The translations under genes and the position numbers were made by a program. Shown one piece after another: positions 12,946 through 22,165 of a stretch of DNA of 64,000 nucleotides. Position 1 is the stretch's first letter; each line of letters starts with the position of its first letter. The stretch comes from a virus (lineage: Duplodnaviria; Caudoviricetes), in the IMG/VR virus record IMGVR_UViG_2974666281_000001, positions 96,001-160,000 of that record. One strand, written 5' to 3'. The notes below the pieces were generated by a model, which saw only the letters and a program-made list of their open reading frames with translations, did no database searches and was not told the origin of the DNA.

Positions 12946-12953
12946 TATAAATA
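12946..12953 (+). promoter_or_regulatory. T4 late promoter for gene 24
   Basis: TATAAATA upstream of GAGGA SD and gp24 ATG. Confidence 0.8.
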
Positions 12954-12980
12954 AACTTATAAACCAAAGAGGAATGTGCA

Positions 12981-14234
12981 ATGAGCAAAATTCATAACCT
13001 GTTGCGCGAATCTACAACTACTGGGACTTCATCAATCGGACGTCCAGATCTCGTTGCATTGACTCGCGCTACAACTAATTTAATCTATACTGACCTTGTA
13101 GCATCACAACGTACTAGACAGCCAGAAGCAACTCTTTATGGCGTTAAATACCTTAACCATGACAAAGTAATGTCATTTATGAGTGCAGCTACTTATGCTG
13201 GCGCTATTAGTTCGCGTGACGGTATCCCTGAATTCGAAAATAAAGCTTGGTCCAAAGGCGATTTATTCCAAAACGAAAAAGTCGTATATAAAGTTCTGAA
13301 AGACAATCCTTTTGAAGGGACCTCTGAAACAGAACCATTTGATATTATCAGCGAAGCTATTGTGGATTCTTCTATTAGATTAGTGGCAGAAGCTGCTGAT
13401 ACCTCTAAATTTGAATCAGCAGATAGTGATGTTTCTGACGCAAGTTTCCGTATGGACCGTTGGAAAATCCCTGTTAAGTCTCGTAAACTGCGTACTGATT
13501 TAACGGTTGAATTAGCCCAAGATATGGAAGCTAATGGATTTGACGCTGCGGTAACTGTCGAAGACGTATTAGCTACTGTTATGGCGGAAGAAGTTAACAA
13601 AGACATTGTTCAATCTCTGATTACCGTATCTTCTCGTTTCCGTGTTGAAGGTATTTCTGATAAAGGTATGTTAGATTTGACTGGTGTGGATGAAGCTCCT
13701 GAAATGGGACGTCGTCTGTATCGATATATTTGTGAAATGAACGCTAATATCCAACGTCAAACTTCTTATTCTGGAACTTACGTTTTAGCTTCGTCACGTG
13801 TAGCAGCAATGCTTGATGCATCTGGTTGGGTTAAAGAAGACGAAGATTCAGAACTGTCTTATGGTAAGTTGAACAATGGTCTGAAACTTTATGTAGATGC
13901 TGTTACGCCTGTGGATTATGTCATTGTTGGTGTTAAGGCTACTTTCGGTGAACTCGAATCAGTTGGTTCTTTATTCTACGCCCCTTATACCGAAGGCTTA
14001 GATTTAGAAGACCCAGAACATGTTGGCGCTTTTAAAGTAATCGTTGACCCAGATTCATTACAGCCTACTGTGTGTCTGCTTGTTCGTTATGGGTTGTCTG
14101 TGAATCCGTATACTTTAGGTATTGCTGACAAAGAGGCTCGGGTTATTGATGGGTCTGATATGGACAATCTGGCTGGATTAAGTAAAATGTCTGTATTACT
14201 TGGTGTTAAGTTACCTAAGCTAATAGAAGACTAA
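12981..14234 (+). CDS. gp24: capsid vertex protein gp24
   Basis: LLRESTTT...IGRPDLVALTRATT, GSLFYAPY, LLGVKLPK; 417 aa. Confidence 0.96.
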   Translation: MSKIHNLLRESTTTGTSSIGRPDLVALTRATTNLIYTDLVASQRTRQPEATLYGVKYLNHDKVMSFMSAATYAGAISSRDGIPEFENKAWSKGDLFQNEKVVYKVLKDNPFEGTSETEPFDIISEAIVDSSIRLVAEAADTSKFESADSDVSDASFRMDRWKIPVKSRKLRTDLTVELAQDMEANGFDAAVTVEDVLATVMAEEVNKDIVQSLITVSSRFRVEGISDKGMLDLTGVDEAPEMGRRLYRYICEMNANIQRQTSYSGTYVLASSRVAAMLDASGWVKEDEDSELSYGKLNNGLKLYVDAVTPVDYVIVGVKATFGELESVGSLFYAPYTEGLDLEDPEHVGAFKVIVDPDSLQPTVCLLVRYGLSVNPYTLGIADKEARVIDGSDMDNLAGLSKMSVLLGVKLPKLIED

Positions 14235-14238
14235 AAGA

Positions 14239-14263
14239 AAAGGGAACCCAATGGGTTCCCTTT
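14239..14263. terminator. bidirectional terminator between convergent gp24 and SLOG gene
   Basis: AAAGGGAACCC-AAT-GGGTTCCCTTT. Confidence 0.8.
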
Positions 14264-14813
14264 ATAGTTTGAAAATATCAAATGGCTCTGGTTCATACTT
14301 ACTTTTGAAGTTTTCAAGCACATTTCTAAAAGCTAAATTAAATGTAGCAATACCGAATTTACGAGCTATATAAACAGCTACTCTAGTTCCACCTTTAATC
14401 TTTCCGTGTTGTTCTGGCGCCCAATAGAACACTGCATCTACTGGATTATCACACTTCTCGCCTAGCACTTGATTAGCATCCCTTGCTAGCAATATTTGAA
14501 CCGTTTTACTCCGGTCTTCATAATCAGGTACAAATTCACGCGCATGTACTACAGATTTAATCTTCCCTTCATTAGGTAAATCCTGCCACAATATCACCCC
14601 TTGCATTTTATTCGTCAATCCGTTGAATCCGTTATGTGGAATAATAATTTGTTTATTACTTCCATATGAAGCTAGCCACGCAGTATCTGCCCCAGGGGCG
14701 CCGCCTGAGATACCGAAACAGCCGGAGGAACTTAATCCATAACCGGCTTTCGACATAAGCCTCAGGATGTGCTGAGGCGTTTCTCGTGACCCAATTAGAG
14801 CCACTCGTTTCAT
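14262..14813 (-). CDS. DprA/Smf-like SLOG-superfamily protein
   Basis: VALIGSRETP, ISGGAPGAD, LARDANQVLG and GGTRVAV motifs typical of DprA/SLOG Rossmannoid domains; 183 aa. Confidence 0.75.
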   Translation of the reverse strand: MKRVALIGSRETPQHILRLMSKAGYGLSSSGCFGISGGAPGADTAWLASYGSNKQIIIPHNGFNGLTNKMQGVILWQDLPNEGKIKSVVHAREFVPDYEDRSKTVQILLARDANQVLGEKCDNPVDAVFYWAPEQHGKIKGGTRVAVYIARKFGIATFNLAFRNVLENFKSKYEPEPFDIFKL

Positions 14814-15820
14814 TAACTCACCACTTCATGCCATTTTTCACGGATAGTGGCCATCACTACTTGCTGAAGTTCTTTCTTAACAGCGGTCGGGTTTTCAGCA
14901 TCAGTTAATACGATACCTTCACGTTCTGCTTCAACGAAAATATCTTGCATCGTTAGACCCATAACTTTACCGAAGTCTTTAGCACCGACTTCACCGATAT
15001 GAGAAATAACGTTAGATACACGGTTCCAAGTACTATAATCAGCGAAGGTAGATAATACTACTTTATCTGAAGCACTCAGTTCGACTTTGGCTTTAATAGG
15101 CTTATCAGATTTAGCCTTTTCACTGAACTTAGAGTTCTTACACTTAATAGCCACACGATTACCATTCGCTAGGAACTCAGGATAACAAGGTTTCAGAACA
15201 TAACCTTCTGCAATATTCTTTTCACCACTAGGTGGATGACCAAAACAATGTGTATTAGCATGGTCTAAATCGGTCATGCGAATCAGCTCGTTATAGTAAT
15301 TGACTTCTGTGTCAAAATCATTAACGATTTTAGACAGTTCTTCAAAAGAACCACGATCTAGAAGTGGGGCTGTTTTAAAACCAAAAGTACAGCACATATT
15401 AGTCATCATAAAATCGTCAACAAATGAGCCTGTAGTATCGTTTTCAGTTTTAACTAAGATGTCGAATACGTAGAAGTCTTTCTCGCCGTAATCCATACCT
15501 TTCTGAATTCCGCCACCAGCAAATTCGCCAAATATCTGATAAGACGAAGCCACACCAGTAATTGCAGACTGTAGAGCCTTAATAGACTTATCGTATTTCT
15601 TCAGAATAATTTCATGTCCAAAGAAACTTTCACCAGGAAGAATAGGACCTGTCCGCTTACACGGAGTGACTGCGTCACGACTAATAATTAGAGAGAAGTT
15701 TGTACCGTGAATCTTTTCACGTGCTACCCATACACCAGAATCTTTACCAGAGAAGCGAATCTTCTCGATGAATTTACCGTTGTAGTGGTTCTCTAGGGAG
15801 GAGTACTTCTGGAATGTCAT
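14813..15820 (-). CDS. rnlB: RNA ligase 2
   Basis: [11 protein letters not shown], motif [38 protein letters not shown]; 335 aa. Confidence 0.97.
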   Translation of the reverse strand: MTFQKYSSLENHYNGKFIEKIRFSGKDSGVWVAREKIHGTNFSLIISRDAVTPCKRTGPILPGESFFGHEIILKKYDKSIKALQSAITGVASSYQIFGEFAGGGIQKGMDYGEKDFYVFDILVKTENDTTGSFVDDFMMTNMCCTFGFKTAPLLDRGSFEELSKIVNDFDTEVNYYNELIRMTDLDHANTHCFGHPPSGEKNIAEGYVLKPCYPEFLANGNRVAIKCKNSKFSEKAKSDKPIKAKVELSASDKVVLSTFADYSTWNRVSNVISHIGEVGAKDFGKVMGLTMQDIFVEAEREGIVLTDAENPTAVKKELQQVVMATIREKWHEVVS

Positions 15821-15923
15821 AATGTCACCATATTATAAAAGATTAATTCTTCTATCCCCAGCCGTATAAATAAGGGCTGGAAACCATTATATCGAATATA
15901 TCACACTTTCGACTTAAAGCAAA

Positions 15924-16217
15924 TTAGAACTTAATTACTACTAAATGACCATCACGTTGATCATGATTCCATTTGACTTCACATCCATTATCTTGGAGCC
16001 ATTTTGTAATAGCAGCTTCTTCTCGAACAGAATTAGTAGAAGGATACCAAAGTATAGATTTCAAACCTTTAGCAGCGTTTTTTGCTAAAGATTCTTCGAT
16101 CTCTCGTTTGGCGGTAGTAATAATATTATTGCGAGCTTGTTCAGCAATTTCACCATAATGCGCTGACAGAGTCTTCGTTCTAGGTTTACCACCTACCCAA
16201 CCATCTGGAATAATCAT
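15924..16217 (-). CDS. hypothetical protein, T4 24.2-like
   Basis: 97-aa ORF at the 24.2 position; similarity from memory only. Confidence 0.6.
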   Translation of the reverse strand: MIIPDGWVGGKPRTKTLSAHYGEIAEQARNNIITTAKREIEESLAKNAAKGLKSILWYPSTNSVREEAAITKWLQDNGCEVKWNHDQRDGHLVVIKF

Positions 16218-16441
16218 AATGTTCTCATTTTCTTAACTAATTGTTTTTGATGTGAAGTTGACGTAGTCATTCGCTTGCGATAAACTACCCTTTCACGATT
16301 CATGAACTTTTCTTTAAGTTTTTCACCTTCAGCCCAATGCTTCGCTGCTTCAAAAGCAGTAATTGAAAACTTCTCAGCTACTTCACCAAAAGACATTTTA
16401 AAGTCTTCAACCATTGTATAAACCTGAACAGCAATATTCAT
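16214..16441 (-). CDS. hypothetical protein, T4 24.3-like (possible HTH)
   Basis: 75 aa, MSFGEVAEKFSITAFEAAKHW and RERVVYRKR; ATGA overlap with next gene; GAGG SD. Confidence 0.7.
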   Translation of the reverse strand: MNIAVQVYTMVEDFKMSFGEVAEKFSITAFEAAKHWAEGEKLKEKFMNRERVVYRKRMTTSTSHQKQLVKKMRTL

Positions 16442-16465
16442 TTGTCACCTCATGTTTGTATGGCT

Positions 16466-16492
16466 AATTTAATATGTCTTTTAGAAAGCAAA
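16466..16492 (-). promoter_or_regulatory. MotA-dependent middle promoter for 24.3-24.2
   Basis: TTTGCTTTC-N12-TAAATT on the minus strand. Confidence 0.65.
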
Positions 16493-16515
16493 AAAGGACT
16501 CCCGAAGGAGTCCTT
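16490..16515 (-). terminator. terminator after hoc
   Basis: AAGGACTCC-TTCG-GGAGTCCTT followed by a T run on the minus strand. Confidence 0.85.
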
Positions 16516-16518
16516 AAC

Positions 16519-17058
16519 TTAGTAGATGTAGCCAGCTTCGATAGCTTCTTTATTCAAGATATACCCATGACGTGATTCTTGAACTTCAACATTAGGATAA
16601 GTTTCAAGCATATATGCAAGAGTCTTAAGGTCTACTTTGTATTTTAATTCAGTATCATCTGGATTTTTCCAATCGATATCTTCTTTAGAAGCTTTTTCGA
16701 TCTCGTCCATAACCCACCAACCACACCAAAGATATGCAGATTGACGATGGTCTAATGGATGGATATATTTGAGATTTTTAGTGTCGATGATTTTGTTTTC
16801 AATAGTCAAAATGGTGGTATCTTCTATTTCTACTGGGTCTCCTTCTTCAGGAGTTAAAGTAACTACAACTCGAACAGTTGTAGTTCTTGCGACTAATCCA
16901 GGGACTTCTAAAGTAGAATCGGAACCAGAAGATACCCCATCCACTTCCCAGTCATATTTAACTGTATCAGTTCCACTATCAGTTACGGTTGCTGTGAAAG
17001 TGGTGACATCTCCAACTGTTACTTTTGGGTTCACTGGAGTAATTTTTACACTAGCCAT
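16519..17058 (-). CDS. hoc: head outer capsid protein Hoc, short form (one Ig-like domain)
   Basis: N-terminal Ig-like domain (VTVGDVTTFTATV...YDWEVDG) plus Hoc capsid-binding domain YIHPL..R.SAYLWCGWWVMDEI and QESRHG. Confidence 0.9.
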   Translation of the reverse strand: MASVKITPVNPKVTVGDVTTFTATVTDSGTDTVKYDWEVDGVSSGSDSTLEVPGLVARTTTVRVVVTLTPEEGDPVEIEDTTILTIENKIIDTKNLKYIHPLDHRQSAYLWCGWWVMDEIEKASKEDIDWKNPDDTELKYKVDLKTLAYMLETYPNVEVQESRHGYILNKEAIEAGYIY

Positions 17059-17088
17059 TATTTTTCCTCTAGGGGCCTTCGGCCCTTA

Positions 17089-17799
17089 TTAATTAAGAAT
17101 GAAAAATCGAGAGTTACGGGTCTCACGAATACGGACCTGTCCATCACGTTTGATGTAATAAATCAAACTTAACAGGGTATCAATACCATAATGATGAGGG
17201 AAGGAATGAGGGTTAGATTTCCATTCAGGATTTTCTATAATCCACTGATAAATCCACCAAGGAAGAGTTACATAGCCTGGGGCTTTACCCATAGACATTA
17301 ACGTCGGACTAAATCCTTTTGGCAATTCAAATAACTCTGATTCGATAATATCTTTGATAGCCTGTTCTAGAACAGGAACATCTTCTTGGGATAAAGGAGA
17401 AGCTTCAACGGTCTCAATACCTTCATTACGAACTACTGTGATGGTTTCACCAATCGGCTCTTCAATTGAAGTAACCATTACAGGTGAAACTGTAGGTTCG
17501 CCAATAGAATCAATAAGTAAAGATTTAGCTTCTTCTTTAGCTTCATCTTTGAAAATAGAAGCACCTGTCAATTCATCATCTGCTTGAATTAAATCAGTGA
17601 TGCTCATGCCACCTTCATCTTCAGGCATCGGCTCGTTAGCAAGTTCAGCCATTTCAGTTTCAAGATCAATCAACATATTGTCAAATGACTTTGTTTTCTT
17701 AAGAGTGATGTTGAACCCGGCTGCATATTCGGCTAATTTATCTTTAGCTTCTTTTTTATCAAGCCCACGGAGTTCGTCAACGTAAATTTTGTCAATCAT
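17089..17799 (-). CDS. inh: inhibitor of prohead protease Inh
   Basis: KLAEYA..F.I.LKKTKSFDNM, YVTLPWWIYQWI, LSLIYYIKRDGQVRIRETRNS. Confidence 0.95.
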   Translation of the reverse strand: MIDKIYVDELRGLDKKEAKDKLAEYAAGFNITLKKTKSFDNMLIDLETEMAELANEPMPEDEGGMSITDLIQADDELTGASIFKDEAKEEAKSLLIDSIGEPTVSPVMVTSIEEPIGETITVVRNEGIETVEASPLSQEDVPVLEQAIKDIIESELFELPKGFSPTLMSMGKAPGYVTLPWWIYQWIIENPEWKSNPHSFPHHYGIDTLLSLIYYIKRDGQVRIRETRNSRFFILN

Positions 17800-17818
17800 G
17801 TTATAGCCTCAGTGTATG

Positions 17819-17840
17819 TATAAATATAGATGTATTTATA
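17819..17840. promoter_or_regulatory. opposed late promoters for uvsW (+) and inh (-)
   Basis: TATAAATA at 17819-17826 (+) and TATTTATA at 17833-17840 (TATAAATA on -). Confidence 0.8.
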
Positions 17841-17855
17841 ACTGAGGATTATTCC

Positions 17856-19358
17856 GTGTACGACATAACTGTAAATTTTGAAGATTATAGTCATGTGAGA
17901 ATTGAATGCTCTGAGAGTGTTTTCTTCGAACTAAGAGACTACTTTAGCTTTGAAGCTGATGGCTATAAATTTAACCCGAAATACAAATATGGTCATTGGG
18001 ATGGACGTATTCGTCTACTTGATTATGACCGTCGTTTACCTTTTGGGCTTTACTCATTCATTTCTAAATTCGCGACTAATATGGATTATAAAGTCTATAT
18101 TGACCCTAAGATTGCAGAAAAAGAAGATATAACCCGAGCTGATTTCGATAAATGGCTGAGTGCTCTTGAGATTTATTCCGGGTCTACTAAGATTGACCCA
18201 CATTGGTATCAGAAAGACGCCGTCTATGAAGGTCTAGTAAATCGTAGAAACATTCTTAATTTACCAACTTCCGCAGGTAAATCATTGATTCAGGCACTCC
18301 TGGCTCGTTATTACGTTGAGAACTATGTAGGCAAAATTTTAATCATTGTTCCTACTACAGCTCTGGTTGACCAGATGATTGATGACTTCTGCGATTATCG
18401 TTTATTTGGTCGCAACAATATGCTAGGAATCCGTGGTGGTACTGCTCGTGATTCTGACGCAGAAATTTATGTTGCTACTTGGCAGACTGCGGTAAAACAA
18501 CCTAAAGAATGGTTTAGTCAGTTTGGTATGATGATGAACGACGAATGTCATTTAGCCACAGGCAAAAGTATTTCATCTATTATTTCAGGTCTTAATAACT
18601 GTGCCTTTAAATTTGGTCTTTCCGGTTCTTTAAAGGATGGCAAAGCTAATGTCATGCAATATATCGGCATGTTTGGCAACATCTTTAAACCAGTATCGAC
18701 TGCCCAGCTTATGGAAGATGGTCAAGTAACTGATTTGAAAATTAACTCTATTTTCTTACGCTATCCTGATAATGTTTGTGCTGCTATGAAAGGTAAAGAT
18801 TACCAAGCAGAGATTAAATATATTACATCAGTGAAGAAACGAAATAAATGGATTGCTTCATTAGCTGTTAAACTGGCCAAGCGCGATGAGAATGCGTTCG
18901 TCATGTTTAAAAATATTGCTCATGGCAAAGAGCTCTTTGAAATGATTAAAGAGACAGGCCATAAGGAAGTTTATTACGTATCAGGTGAAGTAAATACTGA
19001 AGCACGCAATGCCTTAAAGGTTATGGCTGAAAACGGTAAAGGCATCATTATAGTCGCTTCTTACGGTGTGTTCTCTACTGGTATTAGTGTTAAGAACTTA
19101 CATCACGTTATTTTGGCTCACCCAGTTAAATCAAAAATCATTGTGCTTCAGACAATTGGTCGTGTTCTCCGTAAACACACCTCTAAATCTATTGCTACTG
19201 TCTGGGACGTTATCGATGATATGGGTGTTAAACCAAAATCTGCTAATGCTAAAAAGAAATATGTTCATTTGAACTATGCATTGAAACATGCTCTTGAACG
19301 TATTCAGCGTTATGCAGAAGAAAAATTCAATTATGTAATGAAACAGGTAGACTTATGA
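17856..19358 (+). CDS. uvsW: SF2 DNA helicase UvsW
   Basis: LPTSAGKS Walker A, DECH box, LQTIGRVLR motif VI; GTG start after GAGGA SD; 500 aa. Confidence 0.97.
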   Translation: MYDITVNFEDYSHVRIECSESVFFELRDYFSFEADGYKFNPKYKYGHWDGRIRLLDYDRRLPFGLYSFISKFATNMDYKVYIDPKIAEKEDITRADFDKWLSALEIYSGSTKIDPHWYQKDAVYEGLVNRRNILNLPTSAGKSLIQALLARYYVENYVGKILIIVPTTALVDQMIDDFCDYRLFGRNNMLGIRGGTARDSDAEIYVATWQTAVKQPKEWFSQFGMMMNDECHLATGKSISSIISGLNNCAFKFGLSGSLKDGKANVMQYIGMFGNIFKPVSTAQLMEDGQVTDLKINSIFLRYPDNVCAAMKGKDYQAEIKYITSVKKRNKWIASLAVKLAKRDENAFVMFKNIAHGKELFEMIKETGHKEVYYVSGEVNTEARNALKVMAENGKGIIIVASYGVFSTGISVKNLHHVILAHPVKSKIIVLQTIGRVLRKHTSKSIATVWDVIDDMGVKPKSANAKKKYVHLNYALKHALERIQRYAEEKFNYVMKQVDL

Positions 19359-19582
19359 TTGACTTCAAAGAATTTATATACGAAGCTGCAATTGAAGGGT
19401 TTATGAACAAGATAGCGTCGTGTCAGACGCTTGATGGTCTTAAAGAACTCGAAGGGTATTACAAGAAACGTTCTAAAGAAGCAGAACTTAAAGATACAGA
19501 TGATATTAGTGTTCGTGATGCATTAGCAGGTAAACGTACCGAACTTGAGTCAATGAATGACGAAGATGACGAAGACTTCTAA
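19355..19582 (+). CDS. uvsW.1: UvsW.1
   Basis: FMNKIASCQTLDGLKELEGYY, DTDDISVRDALAGKR. Confidence 0.92.
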   Translation: MIDFKEFIYEAAIEGFMNKIASCQTLDGLKELEGYYKKRSKEAELKDTDDISVRDALAGKRTELESMNDEDDEDF

Positions 19583-19585
19583 TAC

Positions 19586-19613
19586 AAAAAAGCCCCAACC
19601 ATAAGGAAGGGGC
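19586..19613 (-). terminator. terminator between convergent uvsW.1 and uvsY.-2
   Basis: GCCCC...GGGGC stem followed by TTTTTT on the minus strand. Confidence 0.65.
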
Positions 19614-19645
19614 AAAAACCAACAAGTGGCTACATCAACACTAGA

Positions 19646-19810
19646 CTAAATTAAAAGCTGCGTTTCATTTAACTGCTCTTGTGTGTCTTCAGTGACAGGC
19701 AGTTCACACGCATAATTATAGCACGGCCCAGGATGAACAGGGCCTTTGTCTGATTGAACAACCAATGCTGAATCGATTGGTGTTTTACAGACGACACAAA
19801 TCTCAGACAT
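19646..19810 (-). CDS. uvsY.-2: UvsY.-2-like small protein (54 aa, absent from ORF track)
   Basis: MSEICVVCKTPIDSALVVQSDKGPVHPGPCYNYACELPVTEDTQEQLNETQLLI; GGAG SD; AATAAATA upstream at 19840-19847. Confidence 0.9.
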   Translation of the reverse strand: MSEICVVCKTPIDSALVVQSDKGPVHPGPCYNYACELPVTEDTQEQLNETQLLI

Positions 19811-19845
19811 GATTGTCTCCTTAGTTGTCGTTACATATCTATTTA

Positions 19846-20280
19846 TTACTTGCCACCAGCTTCAAATACACGGATATCAAGGATGTGTTTAATACTGAAT
19901 CCACGTGCTTTAACAGCATCCATAGCACTTGAACAAAATTCAAGCAAAATACCCCAGTACTGAAGTTGAGTTTCAACTTTAAGTACATTACTGTCTGCCG
20001 ACAGGACCATTTTCATTTCAGACTTCTCATAAGTGTCCATACACACTTCTTCGCCAGGCTCGCCGCGCCCAGTGTAGTAGTCTAATCTTCTTTTAAGTGC
20101 AGTCTTTTTCTGTGCTTCTATTCTTAAAATCTCTTTTCGACAAGTCGAATGCAGACGCAACCATTTTCCGTATAAAACAGGATTGTTTGCTGCTTCATAT
20201 TGCAACTTGGTTGAATCTATTCTTAAATCTTTATCCAACTCATCTTGAAAAGCTTCTAATTTAAATTCTAAATCACTCAT
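19846..20280 (-). CDS. uvsY: recombination mediator UvsY
   Basis: DLRIDSTKLQYEAANNPVLYGKWL, LDYYTGRG, ARGFSIKH. Confidence 0.96.
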   Translation of the reverse strand: MSDLEFKLEAFQDELDKDLRIDSTKLQYEAANNPVLYGKWLRLHSTCRKEILRIEAQKKTALKRRLDYYTGRGEPGEEVCMDTYEKSEMKMVLSADSNVLKVETQLQYWGILLEFCSSAMDAVKARGFSIKHILDIRVFEAGGK

Positions 20281-20310
20281 TAATGTTCCTTAGCAATAAC
20301 CCGTAAACCC

Positions 20311-20338
20311 ATTATACACATCATGAAAAGAAAGCATC
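20311..20338 (-). promoter_or_regulatory. uvsY middle promoter (equivalent of T4 ori(uvsY) promoter)
   Basis: GATGCTTTC-N13-TATAAT on the minus strand. Confidence 0.75.
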
Positions 20339-20732
20339 AACGGCTGTTACTTAACTGTAGCTTGATTTGCTCTATTGTGTCAGGGTTATCTATGATACTG
20401 AATTGGACAGTAACGATAAGAGTGTAACTGTCATAAAGAGGTGTGACATCGACTAGTAGTTTATCTATTCGTGGTTCAAAGTTTCTTATGGCAGCAGTGA
20501 TGTTTCGCTGAGTTGTGTCTGCTGTTAAAGGGGTCATGTTTTCAAAAAGCTGGTCTGATAATTCGCACCCGAATTCTGGGTTAAAGGGTCTCGACCCTTT
20601 ACGAGTTGTGATTATTCCTAATAGGCTGTTTTTAACAGCTCTTGACCCGGCAGCTTTTGCTATATCTTTATCCCAAGATTTATTCATCTCAGGGTCAATA
20701 TCTGTATAAAGTGTGTTTATGTTTTGAATCAT
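20337..20732 (-). CDS. gp25: baseplate wedge subunit gp25
   Basis: LYTDIDPEM, AVKNSLLGIITTRKGSRPFNPEFGC, NFEPRI. Confidence 0.96.
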   Translation of the reverse strand: MIQNINTLYTDIDPEMNKSWDKDIAKAAGSRAVKNSLLGIITTRKGSRPFNPEFGCELSDQLFENMTPLTADTTQRNITAAIRNFEPRIDKLLVDVTPLYDSYTLIVTVQFSIIDNPDTIEQIKLQLSNSR

Positions 20733-21361
20733 TATAATAGCTTAAAGAATTCTTTAAGTCCTTCGATTACGTGAATATTTGATTCGCCGCATTCACATGA
20801 AATAGGCACTGCTAATACGACTTTAGGCTTCAGAAGCATAGCGGCAATATCTTTTAAAGCTTCACTAGAAATGGCTGAATACAAATCATCTAATTCTGCA
20901 TCAGATAAATCATCCACTTTAATAAGTGAACCATCGACATCAATGAATTCTATACATTTAGCAACCAGCATAGCTATGTTAGAATCATCGAATAATTCTG
21001 GATATTTGAACTTAACTTTAAAGTTCTCGAATTCCCACACTAGTGGCGCTGAGGGCTCATCTATTTGTGCGTGTGTAAAGTTAAGTGGTACTTCTTGCTC
21101 CCGCCCACAGGAACAAACCCAGGTGTGCTCATGGTTAACTTCACCTAACGAGTATGCCCAAAGTTTGATGAGCAAGAGTTCTGATTCTTGTCTGTTGAGA
21201 CCTTGTGCATCAGTACATTTTTTAATCAAATCTTTGATAGCCTGGTCAATAGTCCCTTTAAGTTTTGCTTCCATTAAATTCTTGTATTCACGTAAAGTAA
21301 AAGCTCTACAGTTGACCACTTTATCAGAGACATGTACGGTAAATTTATATTCAAAGTTCAT
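20732..21361 (-). CDS. gp26: baseplate hub protein gp26 (true start MNFEYKF)
   Basis: CRAFTLREY, ELLLIKLWAYSLGEVN, CxC motifs; 209 aa from the ATG after a GAGGAG SD. Confidence 0.9.
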   Translation of the reverse strand: MNFEYKFTVHVSDKVVNCRAFTLREYKNLMEAKLKGTIDQAIKDLIKKCTDAQGLNRQESELLLIKLWAYSLGEVNHEHTWVCSCGREQEVPLNFTHAQIDEPSAPLVWEFENFKVKFKYPELFDDSNIAMLVAKCIEFIDVDGSLIKVDDLSDAELDDLYSAISSEALKDIAAMLLKPKVVLAVPISCECGESNIHVIEGLKEFFKLL

Positions 21362-21383
21362 AAAATGGCTCCTCTTGTATGAG

Positions 21384-21395
21384 TATTTATAAATA
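21384..21395. promoter_or_regulatory. overlapping divergent late promoters for genes 26 and 51
   Basis: Palindrome TATTTATAAATA contains TATAAATA on both strands. Confidence 0.85.
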
Positions 21396-21412
21396 GATAA
21401 AAGGAGATACTC

Positions 21413-22165
21413 ATGGCTAATATTGTTCGTTGTAAATTGCCTGACGGTGTCCATCGTTTCAAACCGTTCACAGTCGCCGATTATCGAGATTTCTTGTTAG
21501 TGCGCAATGACATGAACACTAAATCAAAAGAAGAACAAATAGAACTTATCGATGAACTTCTTGCTGATTATTTCGATGAATATCCTAAGTCATGGCGCCC
21601 ATACATTTTTATATCAGTTTTTACCTCGTCTATAGGTAAGACAAAAATACCCGTTTCTTTTGAATGCCCAACTTGTGGTGCTAAGAAACGGTTTATGCTT
21701 AACTTATCACAAGAACCTTTAGTGGCTCCTGTTATCGAAACATCAGGTATAAAAATAAAGTTCAAATATCCTGATGAAATAAATGAGGACCTTGTTGAAC
21801 TTATTAGTAAAAATATAGACACAGTTCAAGACTCGGATTCTGAGTACAAATGGTCTGAACTCGATGATGAAACTAAAGTCCAAGTAATAGATTCTATTGA
21901 TTACAAAGCATTTGAATCTTTGGTTAAAAAATTAAAACCTCTTCATATTGAAGTTTCATTTAAATGCTGCTCAGAATATAAATTTGTGTATGATTCTTTA
22001 ATCGACATTTTTAAAATATTGTTGAACCCTGACGAGGTGTTTAGTTTCTATCAAGTAAATCATTTATTAGTCAAAAGTCATTACGACTTAAATTCTGTCA
22101 TGGCTATGATTCCTATTGAAAGAAGTATTGCTTTGTCATTGGTTGAAAAGGACCTTAAGAAATGA
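21413..22165 (+). CDS. gp51: baseplate hub assembly protein gp51
   Basis: [33 protein letters not shown]; 250 aa. Confidence 0.95.
   Translation: MANIVRCKLPDGVHRFKPFTVADYRDFLLVRNDMNTKSKEEQIELIDELLADYFDEYPKSWRPYIFISVFTSSIGKTKIPVSFECPTCGAKKRFMLNLSQEPLVAPVIETSGIKIKFKYPDEINEDLVELISKNIDTVQDSDSEYKWSELDDETKVQVIDSIDYKAFESLVKKLKPLHIEVSFKCCSEYKFVYDSLIDIFKILLNPDEVFSFYQVNHLLVKSHYDLNSVMAMIPIERSIALSLVEKDLKK

Noticed and set aside
15885-15923. Middle promoter for rnlB
   Set aside because: MotA-like box TTTGCTTTA is present but the nearest -10 is 14 nt away, outside the usual 11-13, so it was not called
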